From Daphnia carinata (lineage: Eukaryota), in assembly GCF_022539665.2 (NCBI RefSeq), contig NC_081334.1, positions 310,001 to 374,000 on the forward strand: a stretch of 64,000 nt of DNA, given 5' to 3'. The notes beneath the pieces were generated by a model. The model was not told the origin of the DNA and searched no databases. It saw nothing but the letters and a program-made list of their open reading frames with translations. Within the stretch, counting starts at the first letter, position 1, and the number at the start of each line of letters is the position of its first letter. The position numbers and the translations under genes were made by a program. Positions 23,801 to 34,592 of this stretch are shown piece by piece.

Positions 23801-24909
23801 CTTTGTTCACCACCTTTCTTTTCTACTAAAACCACGGGTGAAGCCCATGGGGAATGCGAATATCGGATTACATCTGCATCAAGCATTTCTTGAATTTTAT
23901 CATCTAATAATTTCCTTTGGTTATTTGTTACTCTGTATGGGCGTTGTCGAATGGGGCCTCGTCCTTGTGTATCAATCGTATGTTTTATAAGGTTGGTGTT
24001 TCCTAATTCCGAATCTTTGGACGCAAACAAGTCGTGAAAGTCGAGTAATAATTTTGAAAGCGGTTCTTGAAATTCTGAATCTACTTCTGTGAGTAAAATT
24101 GGCTCAATTACTGGTTTAGGATTATCTTCTAATTTCGCTAACGAAATTTTTCCGATACAATGTTTAATTATTTCAATTACGCCTAATTTAGTGTTCCTAT
24201 GAATTTTGATTTGATGTAGTGAATGATTCTCGACCAAAATTTTATAAGTTCCATCTTCCGATACATTTCCGATAAATTCTTCGATATAAATGCCTGCTGG
24301 CAAATCTTGTGCTGGGGTAAATATAAATGCTGTATTTCGTGGGACATACGGAAATGAATCTTTCATTTCCGCTGCAATTACTGTCGACGTCTGACGAAAT
24401 AGCGTCGTCTTTTTGACCGTAGTAACCGCCATGTCGGGTACCTCAGAGATGGCTGATCCCTGCTCATCCCTCGCTAGGTAAATGCTTCTGGCTTCTCCGT
24501 CAAGCCGAAATCCGTGCTTCTGGATTGCATCCCATCCAAGGATACAGTCCTCAGAAACACCATTAGTTACAATAAATTCTTGTTCAAAAACTGTTTCTCC
24601 GTATCGTACGGGTAAAATAACTCCTCCCAGCGTATGTAATTTCTTCTCCCCTACATCATATAAATCGAAATCAAGTTGACTGCAGATCACCTGACCTCTA
24701 GGGGGTAACTTATTAAACATCCTCTCGTGGATAATACTTTTAGACGCGCCTGTATCAAATAATGCTTGTAACGGAATCTGGAATATTTTTAATGGAATTC
24801 TAGGGGTTGATTCATTCGTAATAGTGGTTAATTTTGCGACTTGTCGGGGTTTAATCTGAGGCTCGTTATCAACTGACCCGAAGCTACAGTTGATAGTTAC
24901 TGGTTTCCC
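20863..24909 (-). CDS. pol: pol of element 2 (PR-RT-RH-IN), expressed by -1 frameshift from gag
   Basis: LFDTGA protease (upstream of the track's ATG), YLDD RT, TDAC...SDHRPL RNase H, HHCC plus DDE integrase and GPY motif. Frame is open back to the slippery site. Confidence 0.97.
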   Translation of the reverse strand, partial: GKPVTINCSFGSVDNEPQIKPRQVAKLTTITNESTPRIPLKIFQIPLQALFDTGASKSIIHERMFNKLPPRGQVICSQLDFDLYDVGEKKLHTLGGVILPVRYGETVFEQEFIVTNGVSEDCILGWDAIQKHGFRLDGEARSIYLARDEQGSAISEVPDMAVTTVKKTTLFRQTSTVIAAEMKDSFPYVPRNTAFIFTPAQDLPAGIYIEEFIGNVSEDGTYKILVENHSLHQIKIHRNTKLGVIEIIKHCIGKISLAKLEDNPKPVIEPILLTEVDSEFQEPLSKLLLDFHDLFASKDSELGNTNLIKHTIDTQGRGPIRQRPYRVTNNQRKLLDDKIQEMLDADVIRYSHSPWASPVVLVEKKGGEQRFCVDYRKLNSITKKDSFPMPRIDETLDKLYGKKFFTTLDLASGYWQIQIDDPAIEKTAFVVENNLYEFKRMAFGLCNAPATFQRLMNYVLRDVLGRKTLVYLDDVIIFSDTFDDHLRDIREIFELLRDANLKLKLKKCQFIKRSVNYLGHVISTDGIKPDPSKIDKIVNYKTPTSVDEIRSFLGLAGYYRRFIKDFGSIAKPLTRLTHKDLSRKPFYWGPEEQVAFEKLRNSLVTPPVLAYPNFNEKFILFTDACDYGIGAVLSQIQNGQEHPIAYSSRQLTKAESNYSTTEKEALAVVDAIKHFRHYLLDKPFEIISDHRPLQWLKEQKDNNGRLGRWAILLAATNYELKYRPGRVHQNADCLSRLKIASIQTVSNITLICEKQLDDELCIAIRNYLDNGELDQAFLQSKPDWVKEIEYFEVIDGTLYRHVLPSTDSKRNETNHQLVLPASLRHLVLKELHDAPMGGHLAFYKTYLKIKNHYYWPNMRKEIKEYCQACEVCIANTSSSYKALLHPHEIAKAPFQVIGMDFLGPITPASPNGNNYILVITDYFSRWVEAIALKDQTAQTTADCVYKTIIVRHGMPKAILSDRGTNFTSKLFRYFCKKLKIDQKLTTAYNPASNGETERFNRTLTTMLRKELKDGEHENWEDMLDDVLFAYRSSVHSSTCETPYYLLHGRDPNIPINEFLDASPKTFISASDYVGNLADRLRYSFQRVREESEKARKRQKEQYNKRANVKQYVVGDRVLLDIRVVKEGDSRKFTSKYKGPYRIVKVYSNNTVDIADNSYICQRTHVNRLKPLYETMLWKDEHCPPIETPSKFENRFRKSISTQTIETMENIERNASEWENMELEPLETVNVGTERNVESMDAESVELETVELEAAELQMAATQNNKHSHIVSETQGIYTSDDNESTHVGASNKTKNTTTIHGNNAAAVINLESDARQVAPAISQQEILPPQHATGRPQRNRKLPMRYRN
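24867..24909 (-). promoter_or_regulatory. -1 ribosomal frameshift signal
   Basis: G GGA AAC heptamer in the gag frame, 7-nt spacer, then stem TATCAACTG/CAGTTGATA enclosing C(TTCG)G. Confidence 0.85.
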
Positions 24910-27692
24910 TGATGTTGAGGGGGCCCTGGAATATTAGGTCTTTGTGAATTCCTATATTTCGGACAATTATTAGACTTATGCCCAATTTCTCGGCAGGAGT
25001 AGCAGACTGGAGGCTGGGCTTGTTCCAGACTGTGACGCTGGAATTGACGACAGTTGAACTGAGTGTGACCGCGGTAACCACAAAATTTACAAGTTATTAT
25101 CTGCTGATCAGACCTGTCACTATTATTATGGTTAGGTGGCCTTGAGAAAGGGGGCGCAGCTTGCGTTTGTCTGTTTGGAAATCGAGGAGGTTGGTGTTGG
25201 TAAGGATTAAGATTATAATTGTTATTATTATAATTATCATTGGGGCGTTGCTGGGGAGGCCTCCAGTTCCTGCCTTGATCAGGGTTAATCGATTGAAATG
25301 AAACTTGTTTCCTATAAGGAGTTCCTGGTGTAGCAGAAGAATAATCTTTCCTATCTTGCTGGAGTTGTCTTACAGCCTGTGTGAGTTCGTGAATAACCTC
25401 CTTGATCTCATCTTTATCCGACTTTGGATTATCCCCTTGCTTATGGCTTTGGCGAATATTAGCAACGGCACTGCTTACAATTTCTTTCTGGTCAAGTAAC
25501 ATTTGCTTAAGTTCTTTTAATTCCGAATTTTTGTTGTTAAATGACTCGTCAATTGCCCTAACAAATTCATGCTTCTCGCGGTCTGTTTCTAGAGCTTCCA
25601 ACCGAACAGCATAGACGCGTGTTGCTGCCACGAGTTCGTTATAATCTTTAAATTCCTTATATCTGACTTTAGCTTGTAATTTTGAATCTAATCCTTCGAT
25701 AAATTTCTGCATGAGGATAACGGCGAAGGATTTTTCCATATACCCATCAGGATATGCCTTTTTAAAAATTTCCTGTAAACGATGAGCATAGTCAACAATT
25801 TTTTCTCCAGGTTTACGTTTAGCTTTATTGAATTTCTTAATGTACACATCAACATTTTCGTCTCCGTGGAAGTGATCGAGCAAAGCCGTTTTAATCGAAC
25901 CATAGTCGTATGGATGATTTTTAATTAAGGTTTGTATGACAGAAAAAGCTTTATCTGTAAATTTTGCACGCATCATTTGAATAATTTTCCCTTCAGACCA
26001 TCCTGCCCCATCAATTATACTCTCAAAAGATTCCAGCCAAGAGTCAAAACGAGAAATTGGACTTCCGGAAAAAGGAGGGAGAAGTTGTAGACGTGAAAAG
26101 GTATGCTGGTTGTTTTGCATATCATTCAAATCATTAACTGTAGCTGCCTTGATAGGGGAATAAGAGTAAGCCATATTGTCGGTAAAAAAAGTTACAGGGG
26201 AGTTTGGAGCTCCGTGATGGTGAGTTTGCGTGATGCCTGGGATGCGGTTTGAAACCGACCGGGATTCGCTTACTTTGTTGTCGGTCAGTTGTATCGACGG
26301 TTTTTGAATCGTAGTCGTTCTGTCTGGCGCTTGTCTGTCTGCTGTGATGATGTCGAACAAGTTGGGGTGATATCCGGCTCTTCCTGATTTTCCCGAATGG
26401 ACGATAGCAACTGTTTCAATTGTTTGGCAGTCTGGGTGAGTACGTTTTTGATGATGGACGATAGGTGCTTGTGGCACGGTCGTGCCACTCTCCGGAAGTG
26501 GGTCAATCTGTTTTCGAGCAGTAGCAGTTCGGGTAACAGTGGTTCCGAGCTGGTGATTGATTGTAGCTTCCTTAAGAACGAGAGTAGGTTTAGTATTGCC
26601 GTGAGAAGAGTCAGCTGGAATTCCAACAATGTTTTCTCCAGGTGGATCGAGAATTCGAATGTTTTCAGGATGAGGAACTCGTAATGCCTCTCTTCCTCGC
26701 TTGCTTGCGTTGTCACCTTCGGCACAATGCCGAAGAGGGCCTTGTCTTTGGCTGGTACGAACGTCTGTAGTTCCTCTATGCTGTACGTTTGTCCTAACAG
26801 GAACGTCGTAAACTGCCTCGCATACGTCGTAAAGGACGTTGTCAACTCGGTCGCCTGTTGGTCCGCCTTCCGCGTTGTCCGCTTTATCCTCCCGCTGGCC
26901 CTCACTTCTTGAATCGCAGCTAGGTATCTCAGGAACACTGTTGGCGTCTCCACGTCTGTCAGCAAATGTGGTTTGCCCAAGGGGCGGCTCCTCAGCCCGA
27001 AGTCGTTCAGTAGTTGGGTCAGCTGGCTCCAAATTTTCGGGTCGTGTGACTGGAAGTCCAACACCCTCTCCTTCAGACACTTGAGCGCTAATATTAGGGA
27101 TGGAATCGGACTCGACGGCGTCGGAAATACTTTGGATGGATTGCTCTGGATCTCGTGGTATAGGTGATGGAGACTCAGGTTGAGGTGATCGTCCATTCAC
27201 TGGGCTTTTCTTTTGAAAGAAGCTTAAAAGAGTACTCGAGAGGAGACTAGCCTTTGATTCGCTTTTCGTAGGTGATTTTGGAGGAGCAAGACGAGAAAAG
27301 AATTTAGCATAGACCGATCGTGGACGTTGAGTGGCTGCGGCGGTAGACTTAGCACGTGTACCAGTTTGTTTATGGGTGGGTTTAACGAACGGAGCGACTT
27401 CCTCATAAGCAGGATTCGACCGTAATTTACGTAACTGAGTATTATCTGTCTGCACTTTAGGTTTCAAAACAGGGGAAGCAGATTTCGTAACGACCTCAGT
27501 GTCTGCTTCTGACGCTTTACAGCCCTGAAACTTATCTAACGTGGACGAAGAACGACCTGGTAGTTTCTCAAAATCAATTAACTTAGCAACTGTTTCGTCG
27601 GTTATTTGAACCACTGGCGTTATGGGAACAAGGGGGGTGCTTACAGGTGTGCGAGGTATCTTATGGCCGCCATAAATAACATCATCAGTCAT
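24897..27692 (-). CDS. gag: gag of element 2 with long low-complexity N-terminal extension
   Basis: 931 aa; capsid-like LPPFSG...WLESFE region; two CCHC knuckles (CKFCGYRGHTQFNC, CYSCREIGHKSNNC). Confidence 0.92.
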   Translation of the reverse strand: MTDDVIYGGHKIPRTPVSTPLVPITPVVQITDETVAKLIDFEKLPGRSSSTLDKFQGCKASEADTEVVTKSASPVLKPKVQTDNTQLRKLRSNPAYEEVAPFVKPTHKQTGTRAKSTAAATQRPRSVYAKFFSRLAPPKSPTKSESKASLLSSTLLSFFQKKSPVNGRSPQPESPSPIPRDPEQSIQSISDAVESDSIPNISAQVSEGEGVGLPVTRPENLEPADPTTERLRAEEPPLGQTTFADRRGDANSVPEIPSCDSRSEGQREDKADNAEGGPTGDRVDNVLYDVCEAVYDVPVRTNVQHRGTTDVRTSQRQGPLRHCAEGDNASKRGREALRVPHPENIRILDPPGENIVGIPADSSHGNTKPTLVLKEATINHQLGTTVTRTATARKQIDPLPESGTTVPQAPIVHHQKRTHPDCQTIETVAIVHSGKSGRAGYHPNLFDIITADRQAPDRTTTIQKPSIQLTDNKVSESRSVSNRIPGITQTHHHGAPNSPVTFFTDNMAYSYSPIKAATVNDLNDMQNNQHTFSRLQLLPPFSGSPISRFDSWLESFESIIDGAGWSEGKIIQMMRAKFTDKAFSVIQTLIKNHPYDYGSIKTALLDHFHGDENVDVYIKKFNKAKRKPGEKIVDYAHRLQEIFKKAYPDGYMEKSFAVILMQKFIEGLDSKLQAKVRYKEFKDYNELVAATRVYAVRLEALETDREKHEFVRAIDESFNNKNSELKELKQMLLDQKEIVSSAVANIRQSHKQGDNPKSDKDEIKEVIHELTQAVRQLQQDRKDYSSATPGTPYRKQVSFQSINPDQGRNWRPPQQRPNDNYNNNNYNLNPYQHQPPRFPNRQTQAAPPFSRPPNHNNSDRSDQQIITCKFCGYRGHTQFNCRQFQRHSLEQAQPPVCYSCREIGHKSNNCPKYRNSQRPNIPGPPQHQGNQ
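26285..27196 (-). CDS. Overprinted 303-aa ORF in +1 frame of gag (unknown, Leu-rich helical)
   Basis: ATG-initiated and stop-free for 303 codons while the gag frame is also open; amphipathic composition. Confidence 0.6.
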   Translation of the reverse strand: MDDHLNLSLHHLYHEIQSNPSKVFPTPSSPIPSLILALKCLKERVLDFQSHDPKIWSQLTQLLNDFGLRSRPLGKPHLLTDVETPTVFLRYLAAIQEVRASGRIKRTTRKADQQATELTTSFTTYARQFTTFLLGQTYSIEELQTFVPAKDKALFGIVPKVTTQASEEERHYEFLILKTFEFSIHLEKTLLEFQLTLLTAILNLLSFLRKLQSITSSEPLLPELLLLENRLTHFRRVARPCHKHLSSIIKNVLTQTAKQLKQLLSSIRENQEEPDITPTCSTSSQQTDKRQTERLRFKNRRYN

Positions 27693-27726
27693 TGTGGTTG
27701 AGTTCGAGAAACCGCTGCCACCATAA

Positions 27727-28451
27727 TGTAAAGCATCTTCCCGTGTGGGAAGATGGACTTTACCGAAATTAAGACAATAAATGTAAATCGAACTCGAGGC
27801 GTTTTACCCACAATGACGTCTGTGTTTATTATAAGCTAGGACATAAGAAATAAAAAGACAAGAGAACAAAAGACGAGAAGAAACATTCAGAAAACAAGTT
27901 AAAAGAGGGAACAATTAAACAGGGTCTTACCGTGAACTCACGAGTGAAAGAATGGAAGATAAAATGACACAAGACGAGCTTGGAATTCAGCTTCCACACA
28001 GACAGAGTTTGGAACGCAAGAATTGGCACAGAACGTCTGAGAAGACTCAAGACGAGAACGAGTTTTCTACTCAAAGGTTTGGTTACTGAAACATTAATTA
28101 AGGCACAATACTACTCAAATAAGCAAGAAAAAATGACTTAGGGCAACTACTCGGCACGGCTGCAACAACTTGTCTGATCTTCCTCAGATGCTGGGTTAAC
28201 CACGGAACTTTGCATATTGCAAAGTGGCGTGATTGGGAGGAGCTTGTAGGCTTCACGCGGTTAACCAATCAAAAGGACGCGTTCAATATGGTGTGATATT
28301 GGTGACGTATCGTCTGCGTGAATCAGCTTGCAGGTGTTCATCTAGGTCAGCTGCACTGCGTATAGTGTTGCAATTGTCGTGCCCAGACTTGTATTTACTA
28401 CTGAAGCAAAAGCGAGAAAAGTTAAAGTAAGATATATTCGGCTTCGTTACA
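27727..28451 (-). repeat. 5' LTR of element 2
   Basis: Direct repeat of 15719-16443; followed on the - strand by the PBS at ~27712-27723. Confidence 0.97.
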
Positions 28452-30879
28452 TTAGGCTAAACCTAAAAACCAATGGAATGTCAGTGACAGCAGAAATACT
28501 GTCGTGAACATCTGTGAGCAGTTATATACCAAGGCTGGTAGGCCTACACATTCTCCTTTAAACAGATATGTGTTGGACTTCCTGTTACAACTTGGTAAAT
28601 TACTTTGGTTGTAGTCTTGATGCTGGTAAGTTTAAAATTAGGGAAAAGTTGTTGGCCAAAATAATGACTTTGTATCTCTAAAAAACAAGCCTTAGGACCA
28701 CCCCAGATGTGACATGAGAAAATACTACAAATAATAAATATAGTAAAACGATTACACGCGGGCACACAATTTTACGACGCCTGCGCCCTTTGGAAAATGA
28801 AGAGCGATCAATTTGGAGTCGCTGCATTGTTGAAAACCATTTTCTTTTAGCAATAGACAAGAAGACAGAGGATTGTTGTAGGAAGCAGTATTCTAACTGA
28901 CAACAAGTGTCTGATTCCTTGTATTTATCACCGCCTGAAGTGGATAACGGAAATGTCACGAGAACTGCAAACATCATCGATAGAGAACCTGTTTTTAGGA
29001 CCATCATGACGCACTCGTTTAACGACACGTTACAGTTTAACGACATATTCAATATGTCGTGGGGACGTAAGTTTCGAACAGAACGATCTTAGTTTATCTT
29101 AAAATAGTTCTGGCAGTTCTATATTGTAGATCTTTTACATTGCCCCATAGGTTTCTTGATACCTTGTGAAAATTGGCGTGAACCACAGCACATTCTTTTC
29201 CGGTTGGCTTACGGTTGCTTCTTCATTTCATGCCTGGCATCAGATCACTCTGTAGGCATTGTCACCATGCACGCCGCTCTTCTAGTAAGTAAATTCATAT
29301 CAATCTAATATAACAAGGTTTCCTTCTTTAAGTAATGTAAATGACGATTTCTATGCCAGTTGGTTTGTTATATTCTACTTGGGCCTGAAATATGCTCTGT
29401 ACTCCTGATATATTTTCTTGGACCTTTGGTTTCGTGTTCCTTAATTGTTGTCGACTGATGTACGATCTCTAACGTATACGGCCTATGCGTCTCGACCCAG
29501 AAGTAGAGGCCCTTTTTGCGCTTCTCTTCCAACCTCTTGGGGTAAGGTGTTCGAGATAGGTGCCATAGTAGTTTAAATTTGTTATTCAAAAGGTTGTATC
29601 AATAGATAAGTCGAATGGCATTCAAAAAGTTGGTGAGCCGAGAATACGCTGAGATCTCTACCCTATAACCTGGTAAAAAATCATTACTAGAAGATATTGT
29701 TAGCTCTGTTTTAATAAATTTCCTTTCTTAACCATGGGGGATTTTTATGCTCTTCAAAATCTTACACGCATTGATCGACTATCAATGATGCTTTCCGGAA
29801 AGGTATCGAAAATCGCTATTTTACATTTTTCTAAATCTTCTTGTACTCGTAATAACAACGTAAAAAACAGGTGCAAGTGGTATCCAACGGAACAATACTG
29901 CACACCATAGACGCAAAAGACTTTCTTGATTCTCCGGAATTTGAATCTAGTCGTGCTTCTATCGAAGACAAATTTCGGGTAAGCCAAGATCGTCATCAAG
30001 ATGATTTGAGCAGGATTTTACACAAGTTAAAATTTCCCCAGGTATCAATTGCTGCCACTGGAACAACGTGTCGTTACATCAGTTGGCAGAGATCAACCCT
30101 CGAATACCTTTTCGTCAAAGAAACAACTTTGGAAAATGTTTTTTTTTTGCGTTCTCGTCGCTAGGAAGGTGATTGACAAAGTCTTTGCCATGAACAAAAA
30201 AGTTTCACCGTTGTCCATAATTGGTCTATTAGTTGAATTAATCAAAATTAAAGCCTCAAAATTGTATTCCAGTTAACAGTTCAGAGAGGCCATCTGTTAG
30301 ATATCCGTCTGCCGGGAATCGCCAATTGTAGTTACGATTTGTCTCGAGAAACATCATCAAATGCATCATCAGATTTAAGTAATTTTGAAAACTAAACATT
30401 TGGCCAGTACGGCTGACTTAAAATTCCTTTAGATCTGACTTTCGTTCCACAGGCCCCTCACTGAAACTCCAGCAGAATGGGGGTTTGCCCAATTGTGTAC
30501 TCTCTCCAATGACTCGAGCAAAGAATTCTGAAACAGAATTCCACTGAATGTGGTCGATTTTACGAAAGATCTCCATCTGTTTTTTAAAATCTCATTACCA
30601 AGATTGATTATTGACTGTCAAGAAGAGCGGGTTGGAGCGGTTTTCGACGAAAAATTTATCATGGCGAAGGAAAACGAATGCCAAACGTCCACAAACAGAT
30701 TTTGTAAGCATCAAGCCTAAATGAACAGTTAAGTTGTTAAAATAACTTTTCTTCTTGATCTCATTCTTGTATAACAAAACCTGTACATCAATTATTAATC
30801 CAGTTTTTTACTTAAATATTGAATTAAATTACTGTTTACATTCCCGAATTAATTCAAATTTAGAACCAGAATAATTTAC

Positions 30880-31200
30880 TACCGCTTCAGCCTGGTAGTA
30901 GCTTGGAACTGAGTAGTACTTCTGTGCCTTGGTGTGGTAGCTATGAGTGGCATAGGTTGTTGGGTAGTATATCGGAACTTCAGTGTAATAGCTTGGTGCA
31001 GCATACGTTGTGGTGTAGTATTCGGGAGCCTCCGTAGTGTAGTATTGAGTAGGCCTCAATGTAAGAAGAAGGAGCGGCGTAAGTGGTGGCAGAGTACTTC
31101 GGAATTTCTGCATTGTAGCGTGTTGCAGCATAGGTTGTGGTGTATTCTAGAGCCTTTGTAGTGTAGTATTGTGGACCCTCCGTCTTGTAATACATGGGGG
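30880..31200 (-). pseudogene. Fragment of Tyr/Thr-rich repeat protein (YYTTTYAAPSYYTEAP type)
   Basis: Frameshifted repeats YYTTEAPEYYTTTYAAPSYYTEVP. I recognise this repeat type from Daphnia predicted proteins. Confidence 0.65.
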
Positions 31201-34200
31201 CCTCAGTATAGTCAATGGACTTTTTTCGTGTAGGCAGTGTGAAGTTTGTACTGAACGGTAAAAGGAACGTATACGTTCAATGGTAAATCCAATAGAGGCG
31301 GAATTTTCGAAAGCCATGGACAATGAACGGACAGCTAAATAATCAAAGACGTACAATTAGCCATCGAATTAGAAACACCAATTAACAATTTGAGGTACCT
31401 TGTGTTCGACAAAAGTTGCATCTTTTGATGCGGTGAAACCCAGGTCTGTCCTAATCTTTAAAGGATACGAAACCGTTTCAAAAGTGGCCATCGCAGGCAA
31501 AACAAGATCAAGTTCGCGCTGGAAAAGACTATCCGTTTTGGCAGTTGATCATCAGCCCCCTTGAAGAACACAATCGAAGAGTTTTCTCCTGAATGCACAA
31601 TTTAAAATTATGATATTAAAAAACAGTATGAGGTAATACAGAAATACGTTTTAGAATACCGTGCTGCCTGTGCGAACAGGCCTGCAGGGCAACTCACGTT
31701 CTGAATGAACACTAACCGTTGACTGCTAGCCACAAATTGACTAAGAACATCGCTGCCAGCGTGATCAGCCTATTAAAGCATACGTAATTATATGTCCCAA
31801 TGCCAACTGTTTGGGCTCTACGTCACCTTCATTTGCAGGGTCAATCGGTTGACACCAGGCACAATATTGACATCCTAAACACTCAGTTTGTGCGTGTATT
31901 CTTCCTTGATGACTGAAAGGTCGGTTGGTAGAAGCCCATGACTCACCTTACGTCTAGGAATTGATCGAGTTAGACTTCGAGTACGAGAACCGATAAAAAA
32001 AAAATACATAAAAAATACTTTACTCTAGGAGCTATTGGGCACTTGGACATACAAGTGCAACTGAACTTAGACTGCCATCTTGCTTAAGATGAAGTTGTTC
32101 CTTAATCGGAATAAAATCCGATGACGAAGTGTTTGCCTTTGTGGTTAAAGCAGAAACACCTAGCTTTTCGATCCCCTTTGCGTCAAGTGATTTTTCCGCC
32201 ACAGATCTTTTCCCAGCAGCTTTTGATTACTTGCTGTCGTCATTTGCATTCTTAACCGCTTTGACTGTTACGGTTGTTTCATTGCATTTTACAGGGCCAG
32301 GGAAATGGTTAACCACTTCCACTTCCACTTCGGCACGTACTATTGAGTCGCACAAAACCGAGCAAGGTTCCTTCAGGCTTGTATCGAACTGTATACGTAT
32401 ATCGACCAAATCCATCATGGAAGAGCAATTGATGGACCGGAACTCATCTATGAAAAAAATGAAAATTTATAGCTAATGGAAACAACGCATGCTGAAAAAT
32501 AACTAATACCTAGAGCTGATTGAAGTAAGTAGTTGAAATACTTCATACGAGTTTCAGCATTCAACGCTGGGTAGGCTGCGATATTAGAAGAAGCTTCAAT
32601 GAATCTGAGATTTGGCAGAATAATTATACCGTAGCTACTTAACACAGCCTATAGATTAATAATTACCTGACTTTATCGCCGATTTTCTGAAAGACTTCAG
32701 CAAGCTCATTTTTGAGGCTGACCAAGTTGCAGGTAAAAACGGGACAGATCTCGGCCAATCAAGCGTGCAGAACGCAACCGACCAAAGTGCTTAAAAGTTC
32801 TCATTGCCAGTTCACTCAGTTCCTGTAATTCATTTAGGCTTTTATGGATTATCCCATGTAAAAAATGTTTACCAAATAGTGCCTTGTAAATGCTTGGCTA
32901 GAGGAAAGAGCCTCGTTAAACTTATCGACAGGCGTGGGGCAGACAGCCGATTCATCTCCATAATCCGTGATGCCCGACGACGCAACGACAACTCGGCGCT
33001 ACCCACAGAAGCACCTGGAAGTAGACCACATTTGCGTCCCAGTTCGTAAAGCTTATCTTTCGCCATGTTCCAAAAAAGTGCAAACGACTCCATGGACTGC
33101 TTGCTAGTTGCTCCAGCGTGAGATTGGCAAGTCGATAAAACCTGGAGGCAAGTTAGCAGAATTCATGTTGGGATCACACCATCGACCGTGCTGACATTGA
33201 GTAATTTCAGTTCGTACATATAGCTCTGCACATATGACAAACACCGCCGAGCAACCTGAAACATTAACCGGATGTTAGATGTGGTAGAATTCAAGCAAAA
33301 CGAAGATGAAATACCTCGGCTGGTTTAGATGAAATAAGTAACAGAGCAGACTGTCTAGCAAACAGATAATTGCAAAAGTCGATAACCGACATTGTGTGGT
33401 TTTGGATCTTTTGACGTAATTCCATATTGAAAGTAGTTTTCGGATTCAGGCGTACGCCGGATCAGTCGTTGGGAGTTGCTTGAAAGGCCAAAAGCCAGCC
33501 CGGTGCATCTATAGAGGCCGTTAAGAACAAGCGTTAAGACTTGGCAAAGCCTAATTTAAATCACAAAAACTAACCACCAACAGCAGAGTTTAGAACAAAC
33601 TGCGTGAACAGAGCGTCCAGTTCATCATACTGCACTAAAGCTCCGTCGTATAACCCCAACATTTCAAATGTAAATGCAAGCTCTTCCTAATTACTGGTAA
33701 AAAAAAAAATATTATTTGAGTACAAGACAGTTATTTCCTGAGCTTATCTGTCATACCTGCAACAAGAAATAGTTACAGAAATTCCAGTTCAATTCATTGC
33801 AACGTTCCCGTTGAGTACGCACTGTTTCTTCAAACTTGGTTAGCGTACGACTAAACGCTGCCATTAGGGCTTGCCTCAGACGAAAACAAACGTTTGCCAA
33901 GATTCCGATGACTTTGTTTCCCCCTTAACTGGATCTATGACCGCTACATACACCTGAATAAAAAATATCGAAATAAACGAATGTAACGCCAAATACTACG
34001 TTACCAACTACCTTTCTGTTGTTTTCCCTCCAAAGTCGTTTTTAACTTTGTCTAGCACTGTTGTTCGAGAAAGAATTTGTTTACTTTTCTTAGAATCAGA
34101 GTTCTCTACAAGGATTATGAGCCAGTCTGAATATTCCACTTGTTTTATCGGAGTGAACCAAGTTTGAATGCTTTCTCAAACATTGGCTTTGTAAGTATCA

Positions 34201-34592
34201 ACATCCTGTAAGATGAGGCAAAAAGTGAGTAGTCAAAAGAATTTACAGTGCCCTTGTTTCGTACTTACTGGACATCCAACCCAATATGTACGAAGAACCT
34301 CAGCTCCTAATAGTTTTTTAAAACCTTTTGACTCTTCTTTGAATCCATCATTGTCAATCTTAAAGGGCTGGAAAGAAGCACTTAAAGTGACTGCTCTTGG
34401 TGGGCGCCCATAAGATCTTTTCCATTCTACTGTTTCTTGAGGTAAGCCTTGTACCACTGCAGATTCCAATGTACTAAAGAGTTGGGTATCTCCAGAATCT
34501 TTTTAATTTTTAAATTCACATAATTTTGGATATGCAAGAGTTCAAGTAGACGTTGACCTACAAGTAATAACAGGTTGTGTTTTAGAAGACAT
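31200..34592 (-). pseudogene. TRAPPC10: TRAPPC10 (TRAPPII subunit) multi-exon pseudogene, 3'-truncated
   Basis: MSSKTQPVIT..GD..LF...LPQETVEWKRSYGRPPR...YW; DWLIILVE; EELAFTFEMLGLYDGALVQYDELDALF. In-frame TGA at 34176-34178 and an apparent frameshift in the next exon. Confidence 0.88.

Larger units (their letters stand above)
15719..28451 (-). mobile_element. Full-length env-bearing Ty3/Gypsy element (element 2)
   Basis: 725-bp LTRs identical by eye; 4-bp TSD TTAG; tRNA-Leu-type PBS TGGTGGCAGCGG; purine-rich tract at 16444-16458; uninterrupted gag and pol. Confidence 0.97.

Noticed and set aside
28456..30800. Exon-like fragments and short ORFs
   Set aside because: Stop-ridden with no recognisable homology by eye; would need BLASTx.
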